DNA of 64,000 bases from an uncultured delta proteobacterium (GCA_963793865.1 CAWCBP010000001.1:544001-608000); one strand, 5' to 3'. Counted from the first letter of the stretch, positions 41,614-56,115 are shown. The notes: generated by a model not told the origin, from the letters alone. Numbers and translations: made by a program.

Positions 41614-42149
41614 GCTGGATTGGCGCCAGACGATACGCAAAGGCACTTATGGATATCGGTGTTGATAGGGGCACCTACCAGCAGTATGCCGGCGAGTTAG
41701 CGACGGTTCAGGCAACCATAGGAAAAGCCCCTTTGCTGAAGGCGACGCTTTTAAACCGCTCTTTTTCAAACCGTTCCAAGCAGGATTTAATGCGGAAGGT
41801 GTTTACGGAGGAGGGCTTTTCGGAAGTGGTGATTAACTTTATTGCCTTACTGGTTAAGCATGACCGGCTTCAGCAGCTTCCGCTTATCATCAGGCACTAT
41901 GGAGATCTTATTGACGAGGTTGAAGGCCGGGTCAGGGTAACCGTTTACTCAGTGTATCCCCTTGACGCTGCGGAGGTGAGCGCGTTGAAAACAGCCCTGG
42001 AAGGGACGCTGAATAAAAAGAGTGTAGTTGAAAATAACATTGACCAGACGCTCATTGGCGGCATTGTGCTGAAGCTGAACAACATGCTTATCGACAGTTC
42101 AGTCCGAAGCCAGCTCCGCCGGTTGGGCGAAACACTAAGGAAGGAATGA
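41610..42149 (+). CDS. atpH: F1 subunit delta
   Basis: ARRYAKAL...LIGG...DSSVRSQL. Confidence 0.93.
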   Translation: MSWIGARRYAKALMDIGVDRGTYQQYAGELATVQATIGKAPLLKATLLNRSFSNRSKQDLMRKVFTEEGFSEVVINFIALLVKHDRLQQLPLIIRHYGDLIDEVEGRVRVTVYSVYPLDAAEVSALKTALEGTLNKKSVVENNIDQTLIGGIVLKLNNMLIDSSVRSQLRRLGETLRKE

Positions 42150-43663
42150 GCATGGCAGAATTAAAGGCGGACGAGATCAGCCAAATCATTCGAAGGCAGA
42201 TTGAAGGGTATGATAACCAGGCTGAACTCAGCGAAACGGGAACGGTGCTTTCGGTCGGTGATGGCATTGCCCGGATTTATGGTTTGGAAAAGGCGATGGC
42301 CGGGGAGTTACTGGAATTTCCGGGTGACCTTTTTGGATTGGTTCTCAACCTTGAAGAAGACAATGTGGGGGCGGCCCTCCTGGGAGAGGACATAAAAATC
42401 AAGGAGGGTGACCTGGTAAAGAGAACCCATCGTATTGCCGAAGTCCCGGTAGGAGAGGAGCTGGTGGGCAGGGTTGTCGACGCAATCGGGAAGCCCATCG
42501 ATGGTAAAGGCCCTATCGCAGCAAAGCATTTTGGACCCATAGAACGCAGGGCCCCCGGGGTTGTGGCGCGGCTTCCGGTGCGGGAGGCGCTGCAAACCGG
42601 GTTAAAGGCCATCGATTCCATGATTCCCATAGGCCGCGGCCAGCGTGAACTCATCATAGGAGACCGACAGACAGGAAAGACGGCCATAGCCATTGACGCG
42701 ATCATTAACCAGAAGGGTGGCGACGTACGCTGCATCTATGTGGCAATCGGCCAGAAGCGATCCACTGTTGCCCGTGTGGTTGACACCCTGGAGCGTTTCG
42801 GCGCCATGGCCTATACAACGGTTGTGGTGGCAACGGCAAGCGAGCCGGCGCCGCTCCAATACATTGCCCCTTACGCAGGGTGTGCAATGGGAGAATATTT
42901 CCGGGATAATGGAGGCCATGCGCTTACCATCTATGATGACCTTTCAAAGCATGCGGCGGCATACCGTCAGCTTTCCCTCCTGCTCAGAAGACCCCCGGGA
43001 CGGGAAGCCTATCCGGGCGATATATTCTATCTCCATTCCCGCCTTCTGGAACGGGCGGCCAAGCTGAACGAAAAGCTGGGATCAGGCTCACTCACATCAC
43101 TTCCTATTATCGAGACCCAGGCGGGTGACGTATCTGCCTACATTCCCACCAATGTTATCTCCATCACTGACGGGCAGATCTATTTAGAGCCCGGGCTTTT
43201 TTATGCCGGGATACGTCCTGCCATTAACGTGGGACTTTCAGTTTCACGAGTCGGTGGAAATGCCCAGATACGCGCCATGCGAAAGGTTGCGGGCACACTC
43301 AGGCTTGATTTGGCGCAATATCGAGAGATGGCGGCTTTTGCCCAGTTCGGCAGTGAACTGGATAAGGCCACCCAGGCCCAGTTGGCGCGCGGAAGCCGTC
43401 TGGTTGAAATTCTGAAGCAACCGCAGTATAAGCCATTGTCGATTGAGAAACAGGTGCTCATCATCTATGCCGGTACCAATGGCTACTTGGACAGCTTTCC
43501 CGAGGCATCCCTCAGAAAATACGAAGATGAACTCTTTACCTTCGTGTACGACAAGTATCCGGAAGTGGCGCGGGAAATCAAAGAGAAAAAGGAGATCGGC
43601 TCAGCGCTTCAGGGCAAGCTGGACGAGGTCTTGAAAGAGTTCAACGCTATTTTTAAGGCATAG
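42146..43663 (+). CDS. atpA: F1 subunit alpha
   Basis: GDRQTGKT and [10 protein letters not shown]. Confidence 0.98.
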   Translation: MSMAELKADEISQIIRRQIEGYDNQAELSETGTVLSVGDGIARIYGLEKAMAGELLEFPGDLFGLVLNLEEDNVGAALLGEDIKIKEGDLVKRTHRIAEVPVGEELVGRVVDAIGKPIDGKGPIAAKHFGPIERRAPGVVARLPVREALQTGLKAIDSMIPIGRGQRELIIGDRQTGKTAIAIDAIINQKGGDVRCIYVAIGQKRSTVARVVDTLERFGAMAYTTVVVATASEPAPLQYIAPYAGCAMGEYFRDNGGHALTIYDDLSKHAAAYRQLSLLLRRPPGREAYPGDIFYLHSRLLERAAKLNEKLGSGSLTSLPIIETQAGDVSAYIPTNVISITDGQIYLEPGLFYAGIRPAINVGLSVSRVGGNAQIRAMRKVAGTLRLDLAQYREMAAFAQFGSELDKATQAQLARGSRLVEILKQPQYKPLSIEKQVLIIYAGTNGYLDSFPEASLRKYEDELFTFVYDKYPEVAREIKEKKEIGSALQGKLDEVLKEFNAIFKA

Positions 43664-43674
43664 CTTACAGCACA

Positions 43675-45974
<2,300 letters not shown>

Positions 45975-46032
45975 GCGGCCGGTCGTTTCACAAGCCGCAA
46001 TGAGCAAACGTGCACAAGAGAGGTAGAGATTT

Positions 46033-46293
46033 ATGGCGGAAACGTTCCTGCTGGAGGTGGTCACGCCCCAGTCGGTAGTGGTCAGTGCGGATGTTGAGGA
46101 GATGAGCGCTCAGGGTGCGGAAGGTGAGTTTGGAGTGCTTCCCGGTCATACCTTCTTTTTCACGCGGATTACACCGGGTGCGCTCTCGTACCGGGTCCAA
46201 AGCAACGGACGCTCCCTCATGCTGGGCGAAGGATTCGCCGAAGTTACCCACGACCGGGTGACCATACTGGTTGACTCGGCACAGCAGCAGTAG
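46033..46293 (+). CDS. atpC: F1 subunit epsilon, N-terminal beta domain only (86 aa)
   Basis: LEVVTP, GEFGVLPGH and GFAEV motifs; stops before the C-terminal helices. Confidence 0.9.
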   Translation: MAETFLLEVVTPQSVVVSADVEEMSAQGAEGEFGVLPGHTFFFTRITPGALSYRVQSNGRSLMLGEGFAEVTHDRVTILVDSAQQQ

Positions 46294-46514
46294 TGCCGGA
46301 TTCGAGTTGTGTCCGAAGCATCCATCGGGCCGGCGGTGCATCCGTGATACCAGCAGATTTAATGCCTTTTTAATCAAAAGCTTATAAGGAAAGCATAATT
46401 TACAATATAGCTTTTGTGACCTGTCTGCTTCCACAATTTGATCAAACGTAAGAAGACCTGTTTCCTCCCTGCTTTAAGCCCCGATATTTTTTCCATACAT
46501 GGCAGATATTTTTG

Positions 46515-46562
46515 TTGACAAAGCTTTGAATCGGGCTTATTAAAGCGATACGATGCGTATCG
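46515..46562 (+). promoter_or_regulatory. Sigma-70 promoter and inverted-repeat operator of the RND operon
   Basis: TTGACA-N17-TATTAA followed by CGATACG-ATG-CGTATCG. Confidence 0.7.
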
Positions 46563-46648
46563 TTTAGCTTTTTGCCTGAAATGTTTGCTTCTGTTTTTGA
46601 AGACGTTGGGCAATCACTGCCATGCACCCAAAATACCGCTCGGGACAA

Positions 46649-47844
46649 ATGCGTATGTACATTGCAAAAAAATCGTGGTCCGGAAAAATTATCCTGCCGG
46701 CGCTTTTCGTTCTGGCCGGCGCTGCGTGCAACGGTTCAAACAGGGGCAATCAAGCCCCTCCGCCTCCGCTGGTTGAAATCATGGACGTTACGCTTCAGGA
46801 TGTGGACTGGGAGCCGGAGTTCATCGGTCAGGCAGCCGGCTTCCTTGAAGTCGAGATCCGCGCCCGCGTCGGGGGCATTCTTGAAAAGCGCATTTTTGAG
46901 GAAGGCCAGTTTGTCAAACAGGGAACGCAGCTTTTTCAGATCGATCCCGTGCCCTACAAAATAGTTCTTGAACGATCAAAGGGCGTTCTTGCGCAGGCGG
47001 AGGCCAATCAGGAGCGGACCCGCCGTGAGTATGTGCGGGTTGCCGCGCTCTTTGAGGAGGACGCGGTAAGCGAAAAGGAGCTCGATGAGGCGGAGATGGC
47101 CTTCAAGGCGGCTGCGGCCGATCTGCAGGTTGCCCGGGCAAACCTGCATGATGCAGAAGTGAAGCTTGAGTATACTCGCGTGGATGCCCCGATTTCGGGA
47201 ATTGTGCGCAAGGAATCCTGTTCGGTGGGAACGCTGGTCACCACAACCGCCGAAGGGAGTCTCCTCACCACCATGGTGCAGGTGGATCCCCTGTATATCA
47301 ACTTTTCGGTTCCCGGACCTGACTTTGCCCGGGTGCGGCAGTTGATACAGAGCGGTGCCATTTCCAGGCCCGGGGAAAACAGCTGGTAACCATCGTCTAC
47401 CCTGACGGCAGGCTTCATCCCCAGCCGGGCGCAATTGTCTTTACCGACAGCTCTGAGGACCCGAAGACGGCCACCATCCGCGCCAAGGTTGAGCTGCCCA
47501 ACCCCGATTCGCAGCTTATGCCCGGTCAGTTCGTGCGTGTGCGGCTTAAGGGGCTGCAGCTTAAGCATGTGCTGCTCATACCCCGGCAGGCCATATTTAC
47601 CACCCAGCAGGGCCCGTCAGTATATGTGCTTGACAAGGACATGAAGGCCGGGATGCGGCAGATCACCGAGCAGTTTTCCCTGGGAAAGCAGACGATCATT
47701 TCAGCGGGACTCCGTGAGGGTGATCGCATCATCACTGCGGGCATGATGAAGGTGCAGCCCGGTGCCACGGTGCGCGAGGCCTCTGCCGCGGACGTGCAGG
47801 CACAGCAGCAAGCAACCGCCGCTGCAGAAAAGAAGGAGTTCTGA
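46649..47844 (+). CDS. RND efflux membrane fusion protein (AcrA/MexA family), frameshift near 47375
   Basis: Lipoprotein signal, VEIRARVGG, LFQIDP and APISG motifs; C-terminal part LMPGQFVRV in ORF 47518. Confidence 0.9.
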
Positions 47845-50800
47845 TGATATCGCGTTTTTTTATTGACCGGCCTATTTTTGCCAGCGTCATCTCGCTGCTT
47901 TTCATTCTTGCCGGTTTCCTTGCCCTCATTTCGCTTCCCATAGCCCAGTATCCGGAGCTCGTCCCGCCATCGGTATCGGTCAGTGCCACATACACCGGCG
48001 CCAGCGCCGAGGTGGTTGCCCAAACGGTGGCGGCGCCCCTTGAGCAGGCCATCAACGGGGTTGATGACATGATCTACATGAGTTCGCTTTCATCAAGCGA
48101 CGGCAAGCTGCAGCTCAATGTTACCTTTGCCGTGGGTACCGACCCCAATCAGGCGACCATCGATGTCAATAACCGCGTGCAGACGGTGATGTCCACACTT
48201 CCGGAAGATGTGCGGCGGTTCGGCGTGACCGTCGAGGAAAAATCCCCCACCGTGCTTATGGTGGTGACCCTCTTCTCGCCGGGCGGCATTTACGACACCA
48301 CCTATCTCAGCAATTACGCCCTCATAAACATTATTGACGATTTAAAGCGCATTCCCGGGGTGGGAGAGGCATGGATGTTCGGCGCACGCGATTATTCCAT
48401 CCGCATCTGGCTCAAGCCGGACAAGATGGCGCAGCTGGGGCTTAACGCGGAGGATGTGGCATCGGCAGTGCGCGCGCAGAACATGCAATATGCCGCCGGC
48501 AAGCTTGGCCAGCCCCCGGTGGGAGATGATACCGGGCGTGTGTACTCTCTGATCGTGCGGGGCCGGCTTGACAATCCCGAACAGTTTGGCGACATTATTC
48601 TGCGCTCCAATCCGGACGGCAGCAGCCTTAAGCTCAAGGATGTGGCAACGGTGGAGCTGGGGGCGCTGGTCTATGAGTTTACCGGCAAGATCAACGGTGC
48701 CCTTTCAGTACCTGTTGTCATCAATCTATCCTCGGGGGCAAACGCCATTGCAACTGCCGACGCGGTGATCGAGCGGATGAACGAATTATCCAAACGCTTT
48801 CCACCGGGGGTGGTTTATACCGTCCCCCACGACACCACCACCTTCGTGCGCATATCGATAAAAGAGGTGATGTTTACCCTGTTCGAGGCGGTACTGCTGG
48901 TATTTTTCATCGTTTTTGTTTTCTTAAAGAGTCTGCGAGCGACCTTGATCCCCTGTCTTGCCGTGCCGGTTTCCATCATCGGCGCCTTCGCCGGAATGTA
49001 TGCTTTCGGGTTTTCGATCAATACCCTGACGCTGTTCGGGCTGGTTCTGGCGATCGGCATCGTGGTTGATGACGCTATCGTGGTGATTGAGAACGTGGAG
49101 CGGATCATGCGCGCCGAGGGGCTCCCTCCCCGCGAGGCCACCATCAAGGCCATGACACAGGTCACCGGGCCCATCATCGCCATCGTGCTGGTGCTGTGCG
49201 CCGTCTTTGTGCCGGTGGCCTTTATGGGAGGGCTTGCCGGAACCATGTACCGGCAGTTTGCCATCACCATCAGCATCTCGGTGATCATATCGGGCATTGT
49301 CGCCCTTACCCTTACACCGGCGCTTTCGGCACTGCTCATCAAGCCCGGCCACGGAAGCGGGCTGCTTGAGAAATTCGATACCTGGTTCAGCTTCAGCACC
49401 TCCCGGTATGTCAGGGCGGTTGCCGTGGTAGTCCGTCATGCGCCCGCCGCGCTGGTCGTCTTTTTTCTCATGGCCGGGCTGACGCTTTTCCTTTTTTTAA
49501 AAGTTCCGGGCAGCCTCATCCCCGAAGAAGACCAGGCCAAGCTTTTCGCCTTCGCCACCCTTGATGAAGGGGCATCGCTCAAGCGGGCCGAGCGCGCCAT
49601 GGACGCGTTTGAGAAAATTGTGCTTTCCCATCCCCTGATGGCAAGCATTCAAACCTTTGCCGGCTTCGACATGCTTTCCGGGGCCATGAAAAACAACTCG
49701 GGATCGGCCTTCATGAACACGTTGCACTGGGATGAACGTTCAGGGGCTGCGCAGTCGGCTGAGGCCATTGCCCTTGATCTGATGCGGGAGGCAGATGCGA
49801 CCATAGCCGATGCCCGGTTTATCGTGTTCAGCCCTCCGCCGATCATCGGCATGAGCCTCACCGGTGGATTTGAAGGCTATATCCAGAACCGCGGTGACGG
49901 CACCAGCGAGGACCTCGCCCGTGAATTATCAAACTTTATCACGGCCGCAACGGCCCGGCCGGAGATCGGGCGCATCACCACCACCTTTCGCGCGTCAACG
50001 CCGCAGTATATGGTGGAGGCGGATCTGGAAAAGGCTTACGCCCTGGGTGTTACCAAGGACATGCTCTTCACCACCATGCAGTCCACCTTCGGCGCATATT
50101 ATATAAATGACTTCAATAAGTCGGGGCGCACCTTCCGGGTGATGATGCAGTCGGGAGCGTCGTTCCGCAGCCTGCCGGATAATCTGCGGGAGGTGTTCCT
50201 GAGATCGGCATCCGGCCAGATGATTCCGCTTTCATCGCTGGTGCGGCTCGACCCGATCATCGGCCCGGATATCGTGGAACGGTTCAATGTGTTCCCGGCC
50301 GGAAAAATTGTGGGGGCGCCAGCCCCGGGATTCAGCACCGGCCAGGCCATAGCGGCGCTGGAGGAGATCAGTCTGAAGAATCTTCCCGAGGACTACACCC
50401 TTGCCTGGACCGGCAGCTCCTACCAGGAAAAGCTGGCGGGCAGCGCCTCCTTTCTCGCCTTCATCCTGGGTTTGATCGTGGTGTTTCTCATCCTGGCCGC
50501 GCAGTATGAAAGATGGTCGCTGCCCTTCGTGGTGCTTATCTCAGTTCCCTTTGCCATGTTCGGCGCAATAGGCTTTGTCTGGATGCGGGGGCTTCCCAAT
50601 GATGTGTATTTCCAGATAGCCCTGGTAACCCTGATCGGATTGTCGGCCAAAAACGCCATCCTGATTGTGGAATTTGCATTGAAAAAGCACGAGAGCGGGA
50701 TGCCCTTGGTGGAGGCAGCCATAGAGGCCGCGCGCCAGCGCTTCAGGCCCATCGTGATGACCTCCATGGCCTTTGTGCTCGGCTGCCTGCCGCTTGCCAT

Positions 50801-51008
50801 CGGCTCCGGCGCAGGCGCGGCCAGCCGGCATTCCATCGGGACCGGCGTCGTGGGAGGGATGCTGGCATCCACCTTTATCGCGACCTATTTCGTCCCGCTG
50901 TTTTTTGTGGGGATCATGCGCCTGACTGAAAAGCTTGCTGCCCTGAAAACCGTGGCTTTTATGCGCGCATCGGTACTGTCTGCGCGAAACAGCAAAGAGG
51001 GAAACTGA
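47844..51008 (+). CDS. HAE1-family RND efflux transporter (AcrB/MexB-like)
   Basis: FFIDRPIFA, GIVVDDAIVVIENVER, AKNAILIVEF and RFRPIVMTS. Confidence 0.96.
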   Translation: MISRFFIDRPIFASVISLLFILAGFLALISLPIAQYPELVPPSVSVSATYTGASAEVVAQTVAAPLEQAINGVDDMIYMSSLSSSDGKLQLNVTFAVGTDPNQATIDVNNRVQTVMSTLPEDVRRFGVTVEEKSPTVLMVVTLFSPGGIYDTTYLSNYALINIIDDLKRIPGVGEAWMFGARDYSIRIWLKPDKMAQLGLNAEDVASAVRAQNMQYAAGKLGQPPVGDDTGRVYSLIVRGRLDNPEQFGDIILRSNPDGSSLKLKDVATVELGALVYEFTGKINGALSVPVVINLSSGANAIATADAVIERMNELSKRFPPGVVYTVPHDTTTFVRISIKEVMFTLFEAVLLVFFIVFVFLKSLRATLIPCLAVPVSIIGAFAGMYAFGFSINTLTLFGLVLAIGIVVDDAIVVIENVERIMRAEGLPPREATIKAMTQVTGPIIAIVLVLCAVFVPVAFMGGLAGTMYRQFAITISISVIISGIVALTLTPALSALLIKPGHGSGLLEKFDTWFSFSTSRYVRAVAVVVRHAPAALVVFFLMAGLTLFLFLKVPGSLIPEEDQAKLFAFATLDEGASLKRAERAMDAFEKIVLSHPLMASIQTFAGFDMLSGAMKNNSGSAFMNTLHWDERSGAAQSAEAIALDLMREADATIADARFIVFSPPPIIGMSLTGGFEGYIQNRGDGTSEDLARELSNFITAATARPEIGRITTTFRASTPQYMVEADLEKAYALGVTKDMLFTTMQSTFGAYYINDFNKSGRTFRVMMQSGASFRSLPDNLREVFLRSASGQMIPLSSLVRLDPIIGPDIVERFNVFPAGKIVGAPAPGFSTGQAIAALEEISLKNLPEDYTLAWTGSSYQEKLAGSASFLAFILGLIVVFLILAAQYERWSLPFVVLISVPFAMFGAIGFVWMRGLPNDVYFQIALVTLIGLSAKNAILIVEFALKKHESGMPLVEAAIEAARQRFRPIVMTSMAFVLGCLPLAIGSGAGAASRHSIGTGVVGGMLASTFIATYFVPLFFVGIMRLTEKLAALKTVAFMRASVLSARNSKEGN

Positions 51009-51009
51009 T

Positions 51010-52435
51010 ATGCGTCTGCATTGCTTTTTCTTCCTCATGATCACCATGATGCTTGCCGGCTGCGCCATGGGACCTGATTATATCAAGCCGGAACTCGATC
51101 TTCCCGCTGCAGGCGATGCTGAATATTCTCAGATTGCACCCTTTACAGCGCTTGACTGGTGGAAGCTTTTTAATGATCCGACGCTTGACCGGATCGAGCT
51201 TGAAGCGCTTACATACAACCGTGACCTCAGGATTGCCATTGCCCGGGTTGATCAAGCCAGGGCAATGGCGCGCATGGCCTTTGCCGACAGGCTCCCGGCC
51301 ATAGGGCTCGGCGCCGACGCCGTCCGGGGCCGTGACACTGAGGAGCGCCGGGTGCCGGGGGAGAGCCGGACATCCGATTCCTTTGATGTACTGGGGCTTG
51401 CCTCATTTGAGCTGGATCTCTGGGGAAAATACCGGCGGCTTGACGAGGCGGCGCGGGCGGAGCTGCTGGCGACCGAGTCCGCACGCGATGCAGTCCGGCT
51501 GACGCTCACCGCTGATGTGGCCGCTCACTACTTCAGGCTGCGCACCCTGCAGGCCCAGACGCGCATAGCCCGTGAACAGCTTGCGACCTATGATACCAGC
51601 TGCGAGATGTACCGCAAGCGCTACAAATACGGCTACACCCAGGAGCTAGACCTGCGCAGGATCGAAGCCGACCGGCTGGCGACCGAGGCACTGGTGTATC
51701 AGCGGGAGAACGAACTTTCGCAGGCGGAAACCGCCCTTGCCATGCTTCTGGGACGCAGCCCGCGCGAGATTGTGAAAGGGTTTTCCGAAGAGGGCAAAAC
51801 ACTTGAAGAGCTCAACATTTTTCCGTCCATACCCGGTAACCTGCCCTCCGACCTTCTGGCCCGCCGTCCGGATATTCGTACTGCCGAAGGAACGCTCATG
51901 GCAGCAAATGCCCGCATCGGCGCTGCCCGTGCCGCGTTTTTTCCATCCATATCCCTGACCGGCGACTACGGGAATACCAGTTCGGATCTTCAGGACCTAT
52001 TCAGCTCCGGTGCGTATGTCTGGACGGCAGGGGCCGTTCTTTCACAGCCCATCTTTGAGGGTGGGCGCCTGTTTGCCCGGGAAAAGGCCGCGAGGGCCCA
52101 GCCGGGAGGAGATGCTCGCGCAGTATGAAATGACCGTGCAGAATGCCTTCAGGGAAGCCCGCGATGCCCTGGTTGCCGGCACAAAAACCGCCCAGGTGCT
52201 TCAGTCCTCGCTGGAGAGGGCCCAGGCCATGCGTCGCAGCCTTGAGCTTTCCCAGAGGCAGCACGCCCGCGGCTACATCAGCATCATCGACGTGCTGGAC
52301 ATACAGCGGCAGTCACTCCGGGCCGAACTCGATCTTTCGGCTGCCCGCCAGTACCAGCTTGATTCAGTCATAGCCCTGTGCAGAACGCTTGGAGGGGGCT
52401 GGCACGAGGAAACAGGATTCCCCTGGGAACCATAA
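51010..52435 (+). CDS. Outer-membrane efflux lipoprotein (OprM/NodT family), frameshift near 52103
   Basis: LAGC lipobox, FELDLWG, LLARRPDI and C-terminal LGGGW. Confidence 0.92.
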
Positions 52436-52472
52436 AACCATAGTTTCCGGAATACATATGACAAGAGGCACC

Positions 52473-53088
52473 ATGCCAGCACAAAGCACATCGAAGCGCA
52501 GTCAAAAAAAATCTACCGGCTGCAGGCGCAATGCTGAAACCAGCAAGGCCATTCTCCAGGCGGCGGCGGCAATTCTTCAGGAAAAGGGATATGCCAATTT
52601 TACCATCGAGGAGGTTGCCCGCCGGTCGGGGGCATCCAAAAGCACCATATACCGGTGGTGGTCAAATAAGATGAGCCTGCTGTTTGACTGCTACGCCGGG
52701 GAATCAGAGAACGATGCTGGAGATCCCGAACTTCGGTAATGTGGAACAGGAGATCATTTGTATGGTCCGCTCCCTCTGGAAGTTCTGGCGGGAAACACCC
52801 AGCGGACAGGCATTCAGATTAATGATCGCCGAGGCGCAGACCGATCCCTCAACGGTTGCGGAGTGGCGATCCCACTTTCTGCCCGAGCGGCGCAAACTGC
52901 TCCTGTTCGTGCTACAGCGCGCGGCCGAACGCGGCGAACTTCGGCGGGATATCGACTTTGAGGCAGTAATGGATATCATGTTTGGTTACGCCTGGTACCG
53001 GCTTCTCACCGGCCAGATTGATGATGACCTGAAAGTCATAACCGCAATGGTGCGCGCGATCGTGCAGGGCATCACCCGCAAGGATTGA
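52473..53088 (+). CDS. TetR/AcrR family regulator, frameshift near 52710
   Basis: HTH TIEEVARRSGASKSTIYRWW; C-terminal RAAERGELR. Confidence 0.88.
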
Positions 53089-53132
53089 GATGCGTTTTTC
53101 CAAGTAAAGTACAGTGCAGTTGTCTTACCCGC

Positions 53133-53162
53133 AAACCCTGCTACCCGATAGCAGCAGGGTTT
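53133..53162. terminator. Hairpin between convergent genes (probable terminator)
   Basis: AAACCCTGCT...AGCAGGGTTT. Confidence 0.65.
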
Positions 53163-53241
53163 AACAACTGCCTGCTGAAGGGGCAGTGGAAAATGGAGAA
53201 GTATGGAAACTCCTCGATATAGATGTTGTTTGCCTTAAATA

Positions 53242-54620
53242 TTACTCGGTCACCTTTTCAATCATCGGCAAAACAGAATCTATAAGCTCTTTTACTTCCT
53301 CCTTAAACTCCTCATCCTCTTCCATTGCCTTTGTTATGGCGGGACCCCATTGGTAATAGAGTTTTATGAGTTCCCTGACCTTCTTGGGTGTTGCTGAGTA
53401 CATTGTCCCGGAAGTTTCTGAGAAGTATAGTTTCATTTGACTGATTACCGTAGATTGCTATTACTGGACATTTAGAATTTCTGTCACAAGCATCACCGGC
53501 ACCATCTGCCATCAGTATCTTCTTGTGTCAGGTTTGGGGTGTTGGGACAGTTATCACACACATCCCCTAATCCATCATCATCAGCATCTTCTTGATCAGC
53601 ATTTGGATCGTTAAGGCAGTTATCACATGCATCACCCCGATCGTCTTCGTCCGTATCTGCCTGGTCAGGATTATCAATACAGATGCAGCTGTCGTCCACA
53701 TTGGTGATTTGATCTCCATCAAAATCATCAGAACAAATAGCCTCCTGGTTTAAACTGCAAACTCCGTGCTCACCGCACTCATCGTTGGATGTGCATGTTG
53801 ATCCAACATCACCATTGAGGCAATCCATACATGTACCCAGATTCGGGCCATTGGCTATTTCAGGACAATTATCAGCGCTATCGGGAAGACCATCATTATC
53901 CTGGTCTAAATATGCGACTTCCTGTATTTCAGCCTCTGAAAGAACCCGATTATATACTCGGACATCATCAACAATTCCCAGGAAACGATTGGTCCACCCC
54001 TCAGCGAATGATCTTCCTATGTACATAATATTTGTCGGTCCACCAATAGAATCAGTATCAGTTGCAGAAAGCTCCAGTATGCCATCTATGTATAACTTTT
54101 TTTCATGGTTAAGATTACGGTTAATGATAACAGAGTGCCATTTACCATCTCCGTCAACCATACTCGTTGAAATCATGTCTTCGCTAAAATAAGAACCGAT
54201 TCTTGCCCTGATCTTACCATCTCCATTAGTAGCAATCTGTATTCCATTAAATCCAGGAAGGTTAGGGTTGTTCCATCCGAATAACGTATTCCACTGATCA
54301 TTTCTTGTCGTTGAGTTATACCACAGGGTAACCGTAACTGGTAAACTGATTGAGATCGGACCGACATTAATACAATCAGACGGTGTACCATTGAAGTAGA
54401 AAGCGCTATTTGAATTACCCATCCTGTCAGCAGTAAGGGTCGAACCATAAATCGTACCGTTATGCCCATTTCCGCTTTCGTCATTGGCATTGCCATTGAA
54501 GGGATAATAGGCAACTAATCCGCTGGATAGATCTGCTGATACTTTGGGGCCGCTGAAGAAAACCATAGAGACAATCAGGATACAAACAAGCATGCTACTT
54601 AAAAGTATTTTTGATTTCAT
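53242..54620 (-). CDS. Secreted LamG/ConA-like domain protein with thrombospondin type-3 repeats and CFI-box-CTERM-like tail, frameshifted
   Basis: GLVAYYPFNGNANDESG, WHSV..LYIDG, DDVRVYNRVLS and DNCP...NPDQ.D.D repeats. The tail CPVIAIYG...LRNFRDNVL...G.ELIKLYY is spread over ORFs 53312 and 53242. Confidence 0.85.
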
Positions 54621-54657
54621 ATCAAAGTCTCCTTCCTGGATTGGTTCATAACTATAC

Positions 54658-54702
54658 AAAAAAAGACTGCACAGCTATCACATCAGATAACTCATGCAGT
54701 CC
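54658..54702 (-). terminator. Terminator-like hairpin in the 5' leader of the LamG/TSP3 gene
   Basis: Minus strand GGACTGCA-TG-AGTTATC...GATAGCT-G-TGCAGTC followed by T7, about 38 nt before the ATG. Confidence 0.6.
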
Positions 54703-55123
54703 TCATTAACTGCCACTTTCTGAAGCCCACATCTCGTTCCCCCCACAGCACTAACATGCAGACTTTCTCGATTTTAAAATATTTAATTAATCTTATATAA
54801 GAAAAAAAGAAAAAGCAATCAGGGAAACCCTGATTCTTTACTTCGAAAAACCTTATTTTATAGTCTGGTGCCAGCATTTTGTGGTAGCAAGAATGGGGAA
54901 CATATTGAATATTTTACCAAAATGTAAGACCCGCCGCATTGTTTCTTGCATTTTCAATCATGGTTAAAATGTAAGGGATGATTTGTTAACACTACAACCA
55001 TCTATACGTAACAGAAGATGACATCGTAATAATGAGTGCAACTGCTTATGTTCTGCAATCCATTTGAGTGGCAAAAAAATATTTGACTATTTATGCAATG
55101 CAAAGGGAGAACCTGGGACAGGA

Positions 55124-56102
55124 TCAAAAGGCATGCAGTACAATGCTGGTTAGATACTTCGGGGTGGGACAGAGACGTCCGGGATGGGAGTAGTGGTCAG
55201 GCTCAGGATGAATGGCGTCTATGATGCGGGTGTCAAAAATGTCCCCTTCAGACAGGTTTTTGGAAAGGTAGCCAAGCTTCTTCAGGACGGTAACGAACGC
55301 CAGCGTCGAGCGGCGATAACTCTCAGGCAGCGCAGCGCAATACTTGGGTGAGAGCGCGAAGACCTCCATGACGAAGCTGCTGTTCACCACTTTCACTGCA
55401 CCTGCCACCACTGCTGCTGCTTCACCGGGATGCTCCCGAATCTGATTGCATGCCCGTCTCGTGCAGGGTCAAAAAATCCCCTAGAAGTTTTTTTTCTGAC
55501 AACAATTCCTTTTTTACCACAATGCCATAGCTTGGATTGAAAGGCCAGAGATGACTGGGCGGAATAATCGTGGCCGTGCCGTATTCCCTTGCCCCGAGAA
55601 CCGCCAGCGCCGGGGTGCCCACCGCGCCTTCAATCTCGCCCGCCTCAATGGCCTCCGGGACAAGGTCAGTCCAGGGGTAATTATCGATCGTGATCTCCAG
55701 TCTGCTCTCCTCTACCAGGTTTCGAATAATGACGTCATGAATTGAGCCACGGGTTGGTGATCCCAATCGTTTGCTTTGAAACTGCTTGAGCACATGCTCA
55801 CTGCTCTTAAGCTCATCATAGGATTGATAGCCACGGGCGGCGATCATCACCGTTCCCTCCGCATGACCGCCGGCAATGCATATCAGGGGGATGCCCTTAT
55901 CAATGCCGATCATGGCCGGAGGAAGCCCGATGTATCCCAGGTCAATGGAGCCCGCGGCAAACGCCTCCACCATCGCGGGCCCGGTGGGGAACAGCACCCA
56001 TTCAGGACGAAGATTCAGTTCCTTTTCCAGCCAGTGTTGCGCCCTGATGAGATGGGAGGTGTGGTACATGGTGGAAAGATAGCCGATGACGAGATGCTTC
56101 AC
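55124..56102 (-). CDS. ABC-type substrate-binding-like protein (SsuA/TauA/NitT family) with no signal peptide, frameshift near 55450
   Basis: FPTGPAMVEAF..GSIDLGYIGLPP and GSIHDV; continues in ORF 55124..55411. Confidence 0.75.
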
Positions 56103-56115
56103 AGTGTCTCCTTCA

